64,000 nucleotides of DNA from Methanolobus sp. Lineage in GTDB: Archaea; Halobacteriota; Methanosarcinia; Methanosarcinales; Methanosarcinaceae. Location of the stretch: NCBI RefSeq assembly GCF_030682845.1, contig NZ_JAUXNK010000075.1, positions 4,234-68,233 on the forward strand, in the 5' to 3' direction. The notes below the pieces were generated by a model that was not told the DNA's origin, did not search any database, and worked only from the letters and a program-made list of their open reading frames with translations. Each line of letters begins with the position of its first letter. Position 1 is the first letter of the stretch. Shown here one piece after another: positions 10,597 through 20,240 of this stretch. A program made the position numbers and the translations under genes.

Positions 10597-10819
10597 ATCA
10601 GTTGTATTCTATATATTCTTTTTCATTGTCTAGTTTATTTCACAATGCAAACATAATGGTAACGGGGGTATTTTCAAAAAGATGGTCTATGAGTTGGAAT
10701 CTCGCAAAAAAGCCGTTGCTCCGCACTCTAAAAGCCAAATGCAATAATGAATAAAGAATAAAAAACAAATAAAAAATAACAAAGAAGTTGCAAGCGATGC
10801 TGCCTGCAGGAAAGGAATT

Positions 10820-12313
10820 CTAATGTTGGTCTTGTTCTTCTATCATTTCATATATCTTTCTCATGTCAAGACAACTCTCCACAACCCCCGCAAGCTCTTC
10901 ATAGGCTTCTTCTTCGGTCGTCACAACCTCGGGTATATATTCAACACCTTTTTTCTCTGCAAGGTATATCATGAGGGCATGCCTGACATTCGCATTCTCG
11001 AAAAGGCCGTGAAGGTAGGTACCCACAACAGTACCGCTGTCATCGATGCTGCCATCATTGCCAAAAACGGTTTTTTGGGTCTTTGTGGTGCCCATATGTA
11101 TCTCGTAACCCCATACCTCCTGGCCTTTGATATGCTTGAATATGGGTCCTTCGGCAACAACCTCCTTACGGACCTGGATGGTCATTTTCTTGTATTCACC
11201 AAAAGAAGTCTCCACATCCAGCAAACCAAGGCCCTCGTAGTCAGCTTCTGTCCCGTTCTCAACTCCGGAGTCATGTATGGTCCTGCCGAGCATCTGGTAC
11301 CCGCCACATATGCCGAGTATAGGTATCTTGCCGTGCAGGGCGCGTATCCGTACATCCATGCCACTTTCCTTCAGGTCCAGCAGGTCGCTCACAGTGTTCT
11401 TTGTGCCGGGGATGATTATGCAGTCCGGCTTCCCGAGGTCTTCATCAGGATTGACATACCTTACGCGTGCTATCTTCTCAAGGGGTTCGAAATCAGTGAA
11501 GTTTGATATTCTGGGCAGGCGGATGATGGCAATATCCACATCGTTGATATTTTCCTGCTTCTCCTGGCTTTTCTTCTTCTTGCGTATAGCCATGGAATCC
11601 TCGGAAGGTATCTTGAGGTTGTAATATGGCAACACGCCCAGCACAGGCACACCAGTCAGCTCTTCAAGCTGCCGGAGTCCCGGCTCGAGTATGGCAGGGT
11701 CACCCCTGAATTTGTTAATGACAAATCCTCTGATATTCCTGCTAATGTCCTCGGGAAGCAGGGCCTTGGTGCCGTAGAGGCTGGCAAAGACGCCTCCTGA
11801 CTCAATGTCGCCTACAAGTATAATAGGTGCACCGGTTATCCTGGCTGTTCCCACATTAACGATATCGCGGTCATAGAGGTTAATCTCGGCGGCCCCGCCT
11901 GCGCCCTCCATGACTATCAGCTCATATTCGGATTCCAGTCTTTCAAGCGCTCCCTTAAGGACACCGTGCATCTCTTCTATGGAGTCATAATAGTTGCCTG
12001 CAGACTTGTCGGCATATGGCTCTCCCAGTACTATCACCTGTGATGTCCTGTCTCCTTTGGGTTTCAGAAGGACCGGGTTCATATCGGCAGTAGGCTCGAC
12101 CCCGGCTGCCTTGGCTTGTATTGCCTGGGCGATACCTATTTCTTTGCCGTCTTTTGTTATCCAGGAATTCAGGCTCATATTCTGTGCCTTGAAAGGTGCA
12201 ACCTTGTATTTACGGGAAAGGACTTTGCAAAGCCCTGTGACCATAATGCTCTTTCCGACGTCTGATGCAGTACCAAGGACCAATAGTTTCTTTGCTTTTT
12301 TACCGTCTGCCAT
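10820..12313 (-). CDS. cbiP: Cobyric acid synthase
   Basis: GTASDVGKS, PFKAQNMSLNS, MEGAGG.AEINL, RISNFTDF, GICGGYQMLG, GTYLHGLF. Confidence 0.96.
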   Translation of the reverse strand: MADGKKAKKLLVLGTASDVGKSIMVTGLCKVLSRKYKVAPFKAQNMSLNSWITKDGKEIGIAQAIQAKAAGVEPTADMNPVLLKPKGDRTSQVIVLGEPYADKSAGNYYDSIEEMHGVLKGALERLESEYELIVMEGAGGAAEINLYDRDIVNVGTARITGAPIILVGDIESGGVFASLYGTKALLPEDISRNIRGFVINKFRGDPAILEPGLRQLEELTGVPVLGVLPYYNLKIPSEDSMAIRKKKKSQEKQENINDVDIAIIRLPRISNFTDFEPLEKIARVRYVNPDEDLGKPDCIIIPGTKNTVSDLLDLKESGMDVRIRALHGKIPILGICGGYQMLGRTIHDSGVENGTEADYEGLGLLDVETSFGEYKKMTIQVRKEVVAEGPIFKHIKGQEVWGYEIHMGTTKTQKTVFGNDGSIDDSGTVVGTYLHGLFENANVRHALMIYLAEKKGVEYIPEVVTTEEEAYEELAGVVESCLDMRKIYEMIEEQDQH

Positions 12314-12406
12314 GTAGAACAACCCTTCAGATTTGGAAGTTTTTAAGTTAAGGTTATGTGGATGTGAGATAGTCCAACAGTTTTATGAGGGACAACTTAT
12401 ATCTAC

Positions 12407-12450
12407 TTAACTCCGGTTAATCTTAGTAATTAACTCCAGTTTATCTTAGT
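12407..12450. repeat. 21-bp imperfect direct repeat (period 23) in the cbiP/cbiT divergent promoter
   Basis: TTAACTCCGGTTAATCTTAGT (12407-12427) and TTAACTCCAGTTTATCTTAGT (12430-12450), 19/21 identical. Confidence 0.85.
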
Positions 12451-12461
12451 TAAGGTGGAAC

Positions 12462-13034
12462 ATGACTGAACTTTTGCATGTAAGTGGCGGACCTACAAAA
12501 CCCGAGATAATTGCAATATCCCTATCTAAACTTGATTTAAAAAATGGGGATAGTTTTTTCGATATTGGCTGCGGTACAGGTGCTGTATCCATTGAAGCCA
12601 GCAAGATGGTGTGCGATCTGAAGATCCATGCCATCGACGCCAGGGAAGAGGCAATCGAGGTCGCAAGGACCAATTTCAGGTCCTTCAACATAGAGAATGT
12701 AACTCTTTATTCAGGTGAATCCTCCGATATCCTGAGCAAACAGCCGGTTGGCAGTATCGGCTGTGCATTCATCGGCGGTACGAAGAATATCTCCCGGGTG
12801 CTTGAGGTCCTTGCAGAGAAGAAGGCCAGAAGCATCGTGGTGAATGCGGTCAGGATAGAAACAGTCGTAAATGTAATAAACAAGTTAAAAGAACTTGGCT
12901 TATTCGATGAGGTGCTGCACATTATAGTGTCGCGTGGTGCGCCGCTGACAGGTGAGACGATGTTCAAGCCTGAGAATCCTGTATACGTCGTTGTAGGAAG
13001 GTCAGCCGAAGATCAGCACAACAACAGTTGTTAG
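12462..13034 (+). CDS. cbiT: Cobalt-precorrin-6B C15-methyltransferase (decarboxylating)
   Basis: GGPTKPEI, SAM motif DIGCGTGAVSIE, IVVNAVRIET, NPV. Confidence 0.9.
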   Translation: MTELLHVSGGPTKPEIIAISLSKLDLKNGDSFFDIGCGTGAVSIEASKMVCDLKIHAIDAREEAIEVARTNFRSFNIENVTLYSGESSDILSKQPVGSIGCAFIGGTKNISRVLEVLAEKKARSIVVNAVRIETVVNVINKLKELGLFDEVLHIIVSRGAPLTGETMFKPENPVYVVVGRSAEDQHNNSC

Positions 13035-13113
13035 TAATATTGCTTAGTAATAATTATAGTCAACTCATAGTGAAATTATGTAAGTACAATCTTAAGCGTA
13101 TGGTGATTAAAAA

Positions 13114-13725
13114 ATGCTTGTTGGAGTAGGACTTGGACCCGGTGACCCGGAACTTCTGACATTGAAAGCTGTCGAAACACTGAAAAAGAGCTATAAGGTC
13201 TACGTTCCCGGCCGCCTTGCAGCAGAACTGGTAGCACCTTATGCGGAAGCCGAGATAATGGACTTCCCCATGCTGACCGATTATAATGTGCTTAATGCAG
13301 TCTGGAAGAAGAATGCTGAGATGATAGCTGAGGAGTCCAGAGATAATCTTGTTTCTTTTGGTCTTATCGGTGACCCCAATTTCTTCTCTACCTTCACTCA
13401 CCTTAAGCGCGTGATGAAGAGGCTGTATCCTGATGTAGAGACCTCGACAATTCCGGGTATCAGTTCGATAACCTCCTTTGCCGCACAGACCGGTGCAGAG
13501 GTGGATGCTTCTTTTGAGGTAAGTGACGGATCTGACAGCAAGTATAAGATAAGGTTGAAGGCCAGCAGACCTCTTGAGATCATCGATTCATTCAAAAAGG
13601 AAGGCTACAGTAAGTTCACTTTTGCAGAACGGCTCTTCAGTCCTGATGAAGTGATTATCACGGAACAGGAAAATATTCCGGAGAAAGGTAATTATTTCAG
13701 CATTATCTTCGCGGAAAAGGAGTGA
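13114..13725 (+). CDS. cbiL: Cobalt-factor II C20-methyltransferase
   Basis: [34 protein letters not shown]; position in the cbi operon. Confidence 0.9.
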   Translation: MLVGVGLGPGDPELLTLKAVETLKKSYKVYVPGRLAAELVAPYAEAEIMDFPMLTDYNVLNAVWKKNAEMIAEESRDNLVSFGLIGDPNFFSTFTHLKRVMKRLYPDVETSTIPGISSITSFAAQTGAEVDASFEVSDGSDSKYKIRLKASRPLEIIDSFKKEGYSKFTFAERLFSPDEVIITEQENIPEKGNYFSIIFAEKE

Positions 13726-13742
13726 CTCACAGGAGCATCACA

Positions 13743-14477
13743 ATGACGAACAATAAGGTATATTTTGTAGGTTCCGGTCCGGGCAATGAGAAATATATAA
13801 CAGTTGCAGGCCGTGAACTTCTGGAAGAGGCGGACCTGGTTATATATGCAGGCTCACTTGTGAATCCAAAAGTACTTGATTACTCTAAAGGGGAAAAGAT
13901 CGACAGTTATGGTCTGACCCTGGACGAGACCAACAAGCTCATACTTGACAGCCTCAGAGCCGGCAAGAAAGTAGTCCGGCTGCACAGCGGTGACCCGTCT
14001 CTATACGGATCTATTGTGGAGCAGATGGAAGAGTTAAAGAACGCCGGTGTGGAAATTGAGATAATACCAGGTGTGTCTTCCGTCTTCGCCACTGCTGCCG
14101 CATTGCAAACACAGCTGACACTTAACAATGTCTCAGAGACACTTATTATCACACGCCCGGCAGGACAGACCCTGGAAAAGGACAAGATAAAGGAGCTCTC
14201 CAGACATAATGCGACCATGGCTGTTTTCCTGGGAACCCAGAAGATCGAGGAGATCATGGAAAAGGTCGAGTACCCGCCGGAAACTCCAGTGGCAGTAGTC
14301 TTCCATGCCTCATGGCCTGACCAGAAGATAATAAAGGGAACGGTTGCCGATATTGCAGGCAAGGTCAAAGAAGCAGGTGTCAAACGCTCAGCTATGATAC
14401 TGATTGGCGGAGTTGTGGATCCTGTGAATTATGGGAGGTCTTACTTATACGGAGTGGCACAAGAACCGCTGTCATAA
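13743..14477 (+). CDS. cbiF: Cobalt-precorrin-4 C11-methyltransferase
   Basis: [39 protein letters not shown]. Confidence 0.93.
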   Translation: MTNNKVYFVGSGPGNEKYITVAGRELLEEADLVIYAGSLVNPKVLDYSKGEKIDSYGLTLDETNKLILDSLRAGKKVVRLHSGDPSLYGSIVEQMEELKNAGVEIEIIPGVSSVFATAAALQTQLTLNNVSETLIITRPAGQTLEKDKIKELSRHNATMAVFLGTQKIEEIMEKVEYPPETPVAVVFHASWPDQKIIKGTVADIAGKVKEAGVKRSAMILIGGVVDPVNYGRSYLYGVAQEPLS

Positions 14478-14986
14478 CCTTCGAGCGCAATCTCGAAGTT
14501 GCACAGCGTATTGCAGAGCACCTGAAAGCTGATGTCCTGATGTACGGGAAGGATGTATTCAGTAAAGCATTTGAGGAATATGACTCCATAGTGGCGGTCT
14601 TTGCCACGGGGATAGTCGTGCGCGATATCGCACCACTCATCCAGGACAAGTGGAAGGACCCGGCGGTAGTGGTTGTGGATTCAAACATGAATTTCGCCAT
14701 TTCCCTGCTTGGGGGCCACCACGGTGGCAATGAGCTGGTTCGAAAGATCTCCGAGATCGGGCCGGTTCCGGTCATCACGACAGCGACCGAAGTGCATAAT
14801 CGCAATTCGGTTGAAGGCATAGCTAAATCCCTCGGCTGTGATATCGTTAACAAACCCTCCACAGTGCAGGTCAACTGTGCCCTGCTTGAGCAGGATGTGG
14901 AAGTCCTTGAGATAAAAGGGCCCCGAATAGTTATTGTCGGCGATGATGTGTCCGTCCTGAAAAGAGAAAAGGCAGAAAACCCATGA
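14447..14986 (+). CDS. cbiG: Cobalt-precorrin-5A hydrolase, N-terminal CbiG part; probable non-ATG start upstream of the track's 14540
   Basis: [39 protein letters not shown]; frame open upstream reading [21 protein letters not shown]. Confidence 0.85.
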   Translation: MRSGTRTAVITFERNLEVAQRIAEHLKADVLMYGKDVFSKAFEEYDSIVAVFATGIVVRDIAPLIQDKWKDPAVVVVDSNMNFAISLLGGHHGGNELVRKISEIGPVPVITTATEVHNRNSVEGIAKSLGCDIVNKPSTVQVNCALLEQDVEVLEIKGPRIVIVGDDVSVLKREKAENP

Positions 14987-15336
14987 TAATAGGTATCGGA
15001 GCCCGCAGGGGTGTCAGCAGTCAGGAAGCAATAGATGCTGTGCATAATGCTCTGGCAGAACTTGGCAGGGACATCGCTGATGTGCAGTTGCTTGCCTCTG
15101 CAAAGTTGAAAGAGAACGAAGAGGGTCTTCATGAGGCATCAAAGACCCTTGGGATCGAATTAAGGTTCATAGATCACGATGAATTGAACAGGTATGATGC
15201 GCCGTCTGATTCGCAGGCAAAACGCTTCGGGCTTACAGGTGTAGCAGAACCGGCTGCACTGGCGCTATCGGAAAAAAAAGAACTTATACTAAGGAAGAAA
15301 GTTTATGGTAGGATCACAATCGCAATCGCAGAGTGA
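14983..15336 (+). CDS. CbiG C-terminal domain protein (split cbiG)
   Basis: [36 protein letters not shown]. Confidence 0.88.
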   Translation: MIIGIGARRGVSSQEAIDAVHNALAELGRDIADVQLLASAKLKENEEGLHEASKTLGIELRFIDHDELNRYDAPSDSQAKRFGLTGVAEPAALALSEKKELILRKKVYGRITIAIAE

Positions 15337-16108
15337 GGCATCCGGGAAAGGAAGGCTGTACATTATAGGTATAGGCCCAGGTTCTGTGGAACACCTTACA
15401 GTAAAGGCAAGAGAGGTCATACTGAATTCCGATTATGTCGTCGGTAACGGTACTTATCTTGATCAGATGGCAAGTCTGCTGGACAAGCAGAACATTGTCC
15501 GCAGCGCAATGGGTAAGGAAGTAGACCGTGCACGTAAGGCAGTGGAACTTGCGCAGGGTAACGTGGTTTCCATGATCAGCGGCGGAGATGCTAATATCTA
15601 TGGCATGGCCGGCCTTGTGCTTGAGGTCGCAGAGCACGCAAACCTCAATGTTGAGATAGAGGTGCTGCCAGGTGTTACAGCTATCACCGCTGCAGCAAGT
15701 GTCCTCGGTGCGCCTATTGTCAATGATTTCTGTACCGTGAGCCTCAGTGACCTGCTGACTCCCTGGGAAGTCATTGAGAAAAGGCTTGATGCAGCAGCTT
15801 CAGCAGATTTTGTCATGTCTCTCTACAACCCCAAGAGCCGCCAGCGTAATTCTAATTTCTCAAGGGCTATCGAGATCATCAGGCGCCATAAGGAAGATTC
15901 CGTGCCTGTAGGCCTTGTAAAGAACGCCCTGAGGGACAAGGATCAGGATTACATTGTCACAACCCTTGGCGAGGTACTTGATCATAACGACTGGGTGGAC
16001 ATGAGCACCACCATCCTTATCACTACTAACGACTCCCGTGTATGGGACACACCGTATGGTAAGAGGATAATCACTCCAAGGGGGTATCACAGGAAATATG
16101 ACTACTGA
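15305..16108 (+). CDS. cbiH: Cobalt-precorrin-3B C17-methyltransferase
   Basis: IGIGPGS, SGGDANIYGMAG, PGVTA, SLSDLLTPW, LYNPKS, DMST, ITPRGY. Confidence 0.94.
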   Translation: MVGSQSQSQSEASGKGRLYIIGIGPGSVEHLTVKAREVILNSDYVVGNGTYLDQMASLLDKQNIVRSAMGKEVDRARKAVELAQGNVVSMISGGDANIYGMAGLVLEVAEHANLNVEIEVLPGVTAITAAASVLGAPIVNDFCTVSLSDLLTPWEVIEKRLDAAASADFVMSLYNPKSRQRNSNFSRAIEIIRRHKEDSVPVGLVKNALRDKDQDYIVTTLGEVLDHNDWVDMSTTILITTNDSRVWDTPYGKRIITPRGYHRKYDY

Positions 16109-16802
16109 ATCCAAAAATACTGATGCAGGTATCGAAGACCTTGTGGAAATGACTACTGAGATCGACTCGGAGCTCATTGCTATCTGTAATGACCTTGGAT
16201 CACAGACCGATGAGGCAAAGGCTATCTACATGACGAGCCGCAACATCGCCCGCAAACTTGTAGGTGATGAGACGGTCGAGGACCGCGTCAAACAGCGCTG
16301 TGTTACCTCCACCGGCGATCCGGCTGTTGCAGATATCATGCGATTTGTGAACGATCCTGTCAAAGCAGGCGTGGAAGCTATCAAAAAAGGTGTTCCTATT
16401 CTTGTTGATATCAACATGGTCAAGGCAGGGATCACCAAAATGGGGCACAAATGTGAGATAATCTGTGTACTAGATAAGGATGAGGATGCAGAATTTGCAC
16501 GCAAGCACGGTATTACAAGAACCGCAGCAGGTTTCCTGAAATGCAAGGACATACTTGAAGGTTCAATTGTTGCCATAGGCAATGCGCCATCTGCTGCGTT
16601 TGCAGTATGCAGGATGATAGAGCACGGTATCAAGCCGGCTATCATTGTAGGCACACCTGTAGGCTTTGTCAATGCCGCAGAATCCAAGGAAGCTGTCAGG
16701 AACATGGATGTTCCCTCAATCACATGTGTCGGAACACGGGGCGGAACACCAATGGCAGTAGCCTGTATCAATGAGCTCGTTGCAATTGCAAATGAAAAAT
16801 AA
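16098..16802 (+). CDS. cbiC: Precorrin-8X methylmutase
   Basis: DINMVKAGI, TRTAAG, AIGNAPSA, GTPVGFVNAAESK, RGGTPMAVA..N. Confidence 0.93.
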   Translation: MTTESKNTDAGIEDLVEMTTEIDSELIAICNDLGSQTDEAKAIYMTSRNIARKLVGDETVEDRVKQRCVTSTGDPAVADIMRFVNDPVKAGVEAIKKGVPILVDINMVKAGITKMGHKCEIICVLDKDEDAEFARKHGITRTAAGFLKCKDILEGSIVAIGNAPSAAFAVCRMIEHGIKPAIIVGTPVGFVNAAESKEAVRNMDVPSITCVGTRGGTPMAVACINELVAIANEK

Positions 16803-16812
16803 GTGCAATTGT

Positions 16813-16852
16813 AAGTGTGCCGCAGAATATGGCGCACTTAAATCTCTTTTTG
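16813..16852 (+). terminator. Hairpin plus T-tract between convergent cbiC and ccdA
   Basis: AAGTGTGCC/GGCGCACTT 9-bp stem (one G-U), 9-nt loop, then CTCTTTTT. Confidence 0.6.
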
Positions 16853-16882
16853 ATTGGCGCAAGTGCCTTTAAAATGTCAGTA

Positions 16883-17530
16883 TCACATCGCAGCATTAGT
16901 GTATACCATCCAGGAACCTGCAAGTATGAGCAGTACCCCTGCAACCTTTTTAATAATGGCGTCATATCTTGCTATCCTGCTGAGCCTGGCTGAAGATATG
17001 TTTGCTGAATATGCGATGATAAGCATAGGCACTGCAAAACCAATTGAATAGATAAAGAGCATTGATGCGCCATAGGTCATGTTCCCTTCGAGGGCAACGG
17101 CGGCAAGTATCGCTCCCAGTATAGGTCCTACGCAGGGAATCCAGATCACTCCCAGGGAAACTCCAAGAAGCAACCCTCCAAAAGCACTGTTATTCTGGAC
17201 GTGTATCTTTCCTGTATAGTTCGCTACGATGCCGAAAATGTCAGCTCCAAAGAGCATAGAGATGCCAAATATCGCTATGAGTAGTCCTGCGAGAATCCTT
17301 AGGTTCTCAATATGTGGGTAGAGTACTGCTCCAAAGGCTGACGCTATGATGCCCATGAGAGTGAATGAAAGGCTAAGTCCAAACACAATGGCAAAAGGCC
17401 TGAACTTCCCCTTTCCTGCAGAGTATGCCAGGATGACAGGCAGCAGAGGCAGTACACATGGTGACAGCACACTTACGATACCTGCAAGGAAGGATGCCAC
17501 CGGGCCCAGTGTAAAAGTATCCTGAAACAT
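16883..17530 (-). CDS. ccdA: CcdA/DsbD transmembrane electron-transfer protein
   Basis: LSPCVLPLLP and WIPCVGPILG..L motifs, ~6 TM. Confidence 0.9.
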   Translation of the reverse strand: MFQDTFTLGPVASFLAGIVSVLSPCVLPLLPVILAYSAGKGKFRPFAIVFGLSLSFTLMGIIASAFGAVLYPHIENLRILAGLLIAIFGISMLFGADIFGIVANYTGKIHVQNNSAFGGLLLGVSLGVIWIPCVGPILGAILAAVALEGNMTYGASMLFIYSIGFAVPMLIIAYSANISSARLSRIARYDAIIKKVAGVLLILAGSWMVYTNAAM

Positions 17531-17533
17531 GTT

Positions 17534-18040
17534 TTAGTTTTCTGCAGTGTTTTTGCTGCGTTCTTTCAGTGCATAGTCAAGTGTCTGAGTAAGGTCTGCC
17601 TTCCTTGTAACTCCTATGAATCTTGCATCTTTTTCAAGCCTGTCTGTGGTAGTCCGGCCATCCCTCCTCATATAAACATAGGTCCCGTTCTCAATATCAG
17701 TTATAACAAAGGAATCAGGTACGTAATATACGCTGAACCCCAATGTGCCGACTTTCTGCGTGTCTATATATATCACAGTAGCTCTGTCCTGATATTCTAA
17801 AGATATATCTTCCATTATAGGCTTTTGAACTTTGCACCCTGGACAACTATCAAAGCCAATCATGGCAAGCACAGGTCCATCTTCAAGTGCACTATTGATA
17901 TCCCCCAGGCTGGATGCGGATATCATTCCCACATCAGCCGGGGATGACGCGTTTATGTCATTGCCATCATTTTCTGTGCACCCACTGACTGCCAGCAATA
18001 AGGTAAAGAGAATTATAAGTTGAAGAGTCTTTTTGTACAG
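17534..18040 (-). CDS. Thioredoxin-family lipoprotein; probable CTG start at 18040
   Basis: CPGC active site; lipobox LAVSGC; in-frame signal peptide YKKTLQLIILFTLLLAVSGC behind SD GGGGGT. Confidence 0.82.
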   Translation of the reverse strand: MYKKTLQLIILFTLLLAVSGCTENDGNDINASSPADVGMISASSLGDINSALEDGPVLAMIGFDSCPGCKVQKPIMEDISLEYQDRATVIYIDTQKVGTLGFSVYYVPDSFVITDIENGTYVYMRRDGRTTTDRLEKDARFIGVTRKADLTQTLDYALKERSKNTAEN

Positions 18041-18138
18041 TTGATTACCCCCAATAGCAGGTTTCTATTAACTTCCAGATAAATATGTTTTTTCATGAAC
18101 ATACAGAAATCCATTTTAGCGGAAGTCCTGAAATCAGT

Positions 18139-18822
18139 TTATTTTCCGGATAGTACTTTCCATCTAAGGAGGACCCCCTCCTCCATCCTGGCCGCATCAA
18201 TCAGTTCCAGTTTTAGTATGTCCTTTTCTAAAAACCCGTTGCCATCTGCAAAAGTAGGGGCAGTCTTACCGCCTATTATTAGATTGCCAACAAAGGTATA
18301 GATCTCATCCACCAGGCCGCCAGAGAGAAGTCCCCAGTTGAGGGTGGCTCCGCCTTCGACCATCAGCCTGTTTATACCCATTTCATGCAGTATTTCCACT
18401 GCTGCAGCAAGGTCTACTTCACTATCTCCTGCACTGACAATAGTAGCTTTCTCCCGAAGCCTTTCCATCCTGTCAGCAGGCGCGGAACTGGATACCACTA
18501 TTATCCGTTTTCCCTCTCCTTTGATGAAAATGTCTGAGTCAAGGGGGATTCTTGCCTTGCTGTCTACAACGATCCTGGCCGGGTTCTCTTCCAGCCCTGC
18601 CTCTTTGCGCTCAATCCTCCTTTCCGGGGATTTGACGGTAAGGCCTGGATTATCTGCCAGCAGCGTCCCAATGCCTACCATGATGGCATCAGAGGAGGCT
18701 CTTAAAGCATCCATCCTGTCAAAATCCTCTTTTCCTGATATCCTTACCTGCTTCCTTTGCTTTGTGGATATCTTTCCGTCGGCCGACATTGCGGAATTGA
18801 TGAATATGAAAGGTCTTCCCAT
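18139..18822 (-). CDS. 2,5-diamino-6-(ribosylamino)-4(3H)-pyrimidinone 5'-phosphate reductase (archaeal RibD-C/ArfC type)
   Basis: INSAMSADGKI, AIMVGIGT.LADNP.LTV, LMVEGG..LN, DEI. Confidence 0.92.
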   Translation of the reverse strand: MGRPFIFINSAMSADGKISTKQRKQVRISGKEDFDRMDALRASSDAIMVGIGTLLADNPGLTVKSPERRIERKEAGLEENPARIVVDSKARIPLDSDIFIKGEGKRIIVVSSSAPADRMERLREKATIVSAGDSEVDLAAAVEILHEMGINRLMVEGGATLNWGLLSGGLVDEIYTFVGNLIIGGKTAPTFADGNGFLEKDILKLELIDAARMEEGVLLRWKVLSGK

Positions 18823-18887
18823 TATGACCACGCTCAAGAGCCCTGAAAAAAGAATAAGTATGAACCTTCTGTCAGAAGGTCCACTGT

Positions 18888-19742
18888 TCAGTCACCGTTC
18901 ACAATAGCTCTCAGGAGGTTGCGGTCCCTTAAAAGGCCCAGGAATCTCTGGTTCGCGTTCACGATAGGGATCTGGTCTATCCTGTTGCGCTTCATCTTGA
19001 GTGCGCATTCGCTGACCCCGGATATGTAGGCAGCCTTTACGAGGTCCTTGACCATGATATCCATAGCAGGCACAGAAGGAACCTTTACTCTTGATACGCT
19101 GTAGTAGATGCTCATGGTATCCCTCATGGATTCCCATGTCCACTCGTCATCATCCGAACCATTGGACATGTCAGCCATTTCAACAGTGTCCTCGATAATG
19201 CTTGCGTTTATTATGTCCCGGTCAGTGATTATGCCTACTACCTCAAGATGGCTGTCGATCACAGGAACAGCTTTTGTTTTTGCAAGTTCCATGATCCTTG
19301 CAACAACGTTCAGTGGGGTGTCTGTCCACACAGGCACTGAAACCGGATTCAGGTATTGCCCGACATGCTCGGTAATATTCATATCAGCAAGCACTGCTAT
19401 AATGTCAGCAACTGATATTATGCCAACAAGTTTACCATCTTCAACAACAGGAAGCCTTCTGATGTTATTCTCAAGAAGGGTCTTAGATGCAACAGTTATG
19501 TCTACATGCGGCTCAATAGTCAGGGGGTTGCGTGTCATCAGCAAAGCAAGTTGTTCTTCCTCCGGGTTCTTCAACAGGTTTGCCCGGCTGACTATCCCTA
19601 CGACCTTGCCATCCTTCAGGACAGGAACTCCTGATACCCTCTTATCTTTAAGTAAACTATGGACTTCATCCCTTGAACCCGGAAGGGTTGCATAGGCGAC
19701 ATCTGTCCTCATAATGTCCATAACTTTTACATTCTTTGGCAT
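18888..19742 (-). CDS. CBS-domain protein (4 CBS)
   Basis: Repeated IMxxD..VPV..GIV/I CBS units. Confidence 0.9.
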   Translation of the reverse strand: MPKNVKVMDIMRTDVAYATLPGSRDEVHSLLKDKRVSGVPVLKDGKVVGIVSRANLLKNPEEEQLALLMTRNPLTIEPHVDITVASKTLLENNIRRLPVVEDGKLVGIISVADIIAVLADMNITEHVGQYLNPVSVPVWTDTPLNVVARIMELAKTKAVPVIDSHLEVVGIITDRDIINASIIEDTVEMADMSNGSDDDEWTWESMRDTMSIYYSVSRVKVPSVPAMDIMVKDLVKAAYISGVSECALKMKRNRIDQIPIVNANQRFLGLLRDRNLLRAIVNGD

Positions 19743-19756
19743 ATTCTGCTCCCTCT

Positions 19757-20212
19757 TTACTCCTTGCCGGACATGCCACGAACGACAAGTACCGGTACCT
19801 TGGAGTTACGAATAACGTTCTCAGCCACACTTCCAAGTAAGAAATGATCAAGTCCTCTCTTCCCGAGAGTTCCCATAATAATAAGGTCCATACCCTGTTT
19901 ATCCGCAAAATCGACTATCTCCGTTCCGGGATGTCCCTCGAGGATTATGGATTCGAATGGAACGCCTTCTTTCTCTGCAATCTCTCCCAAGGCTGTTGTT
20001 ACGTCATTTGCTTCCTTTCCCAGAAGTTCATACATCATTTCCCAGCCTGCATCCATTGGGATGGAGGCAAAAGCAGCTGTATCGACAACATATCCTGCGT
20101 ACAGTTTCGCACCGCACATCTTAGCAAACTCCAGGGCATGCTGGATTGCTTTCTTGTTCTGGTCGGATCCATCAGTTGCAATAAAGATCTTCTTATATAG
20201 GTCGCTTTTCAT
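19757..20212 (-). CDS. Universal stress protein
   Basis: KIFIATDGS, DLIIMGTLGK.G...LLGSVAENV. Confidence 0.93.
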   Translation of the reverse strand: MKSDLYKKIFIATDGSDQNKKAIQHALEFAKMCGAKLYAGYVVDTAAFASIPMDAGWEMMYELLGKEANDVTTALGEIAEKEGVPFESIILEGHPGTEIVDFADKQGMDLIIMGTLGKRGLDHFLLGSVAENVIRNSKVPVLVVRGMSGKE

Positions 20213-20240
20213 AGTCCCTCTCCGTTGTGAACAGATTAAA

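Noticed and set aside
12330-12460. Cobalamin riboswitch upstream of the cbi genes
   Set aside because: The region is short and AT-rich and lacks the GGGAA..GGTG.AA.TCC and ACTG core motifs.
14392-15132. 246-aa antisense ORF (also 10823-11506, 27243-27953, 34217-34909, 55023-55691, 58899-59612 and many similar)
   Set aside because: Shadow ORFs on the opposite strand or frame of well-supported genes, with no motifs and atypical composition.
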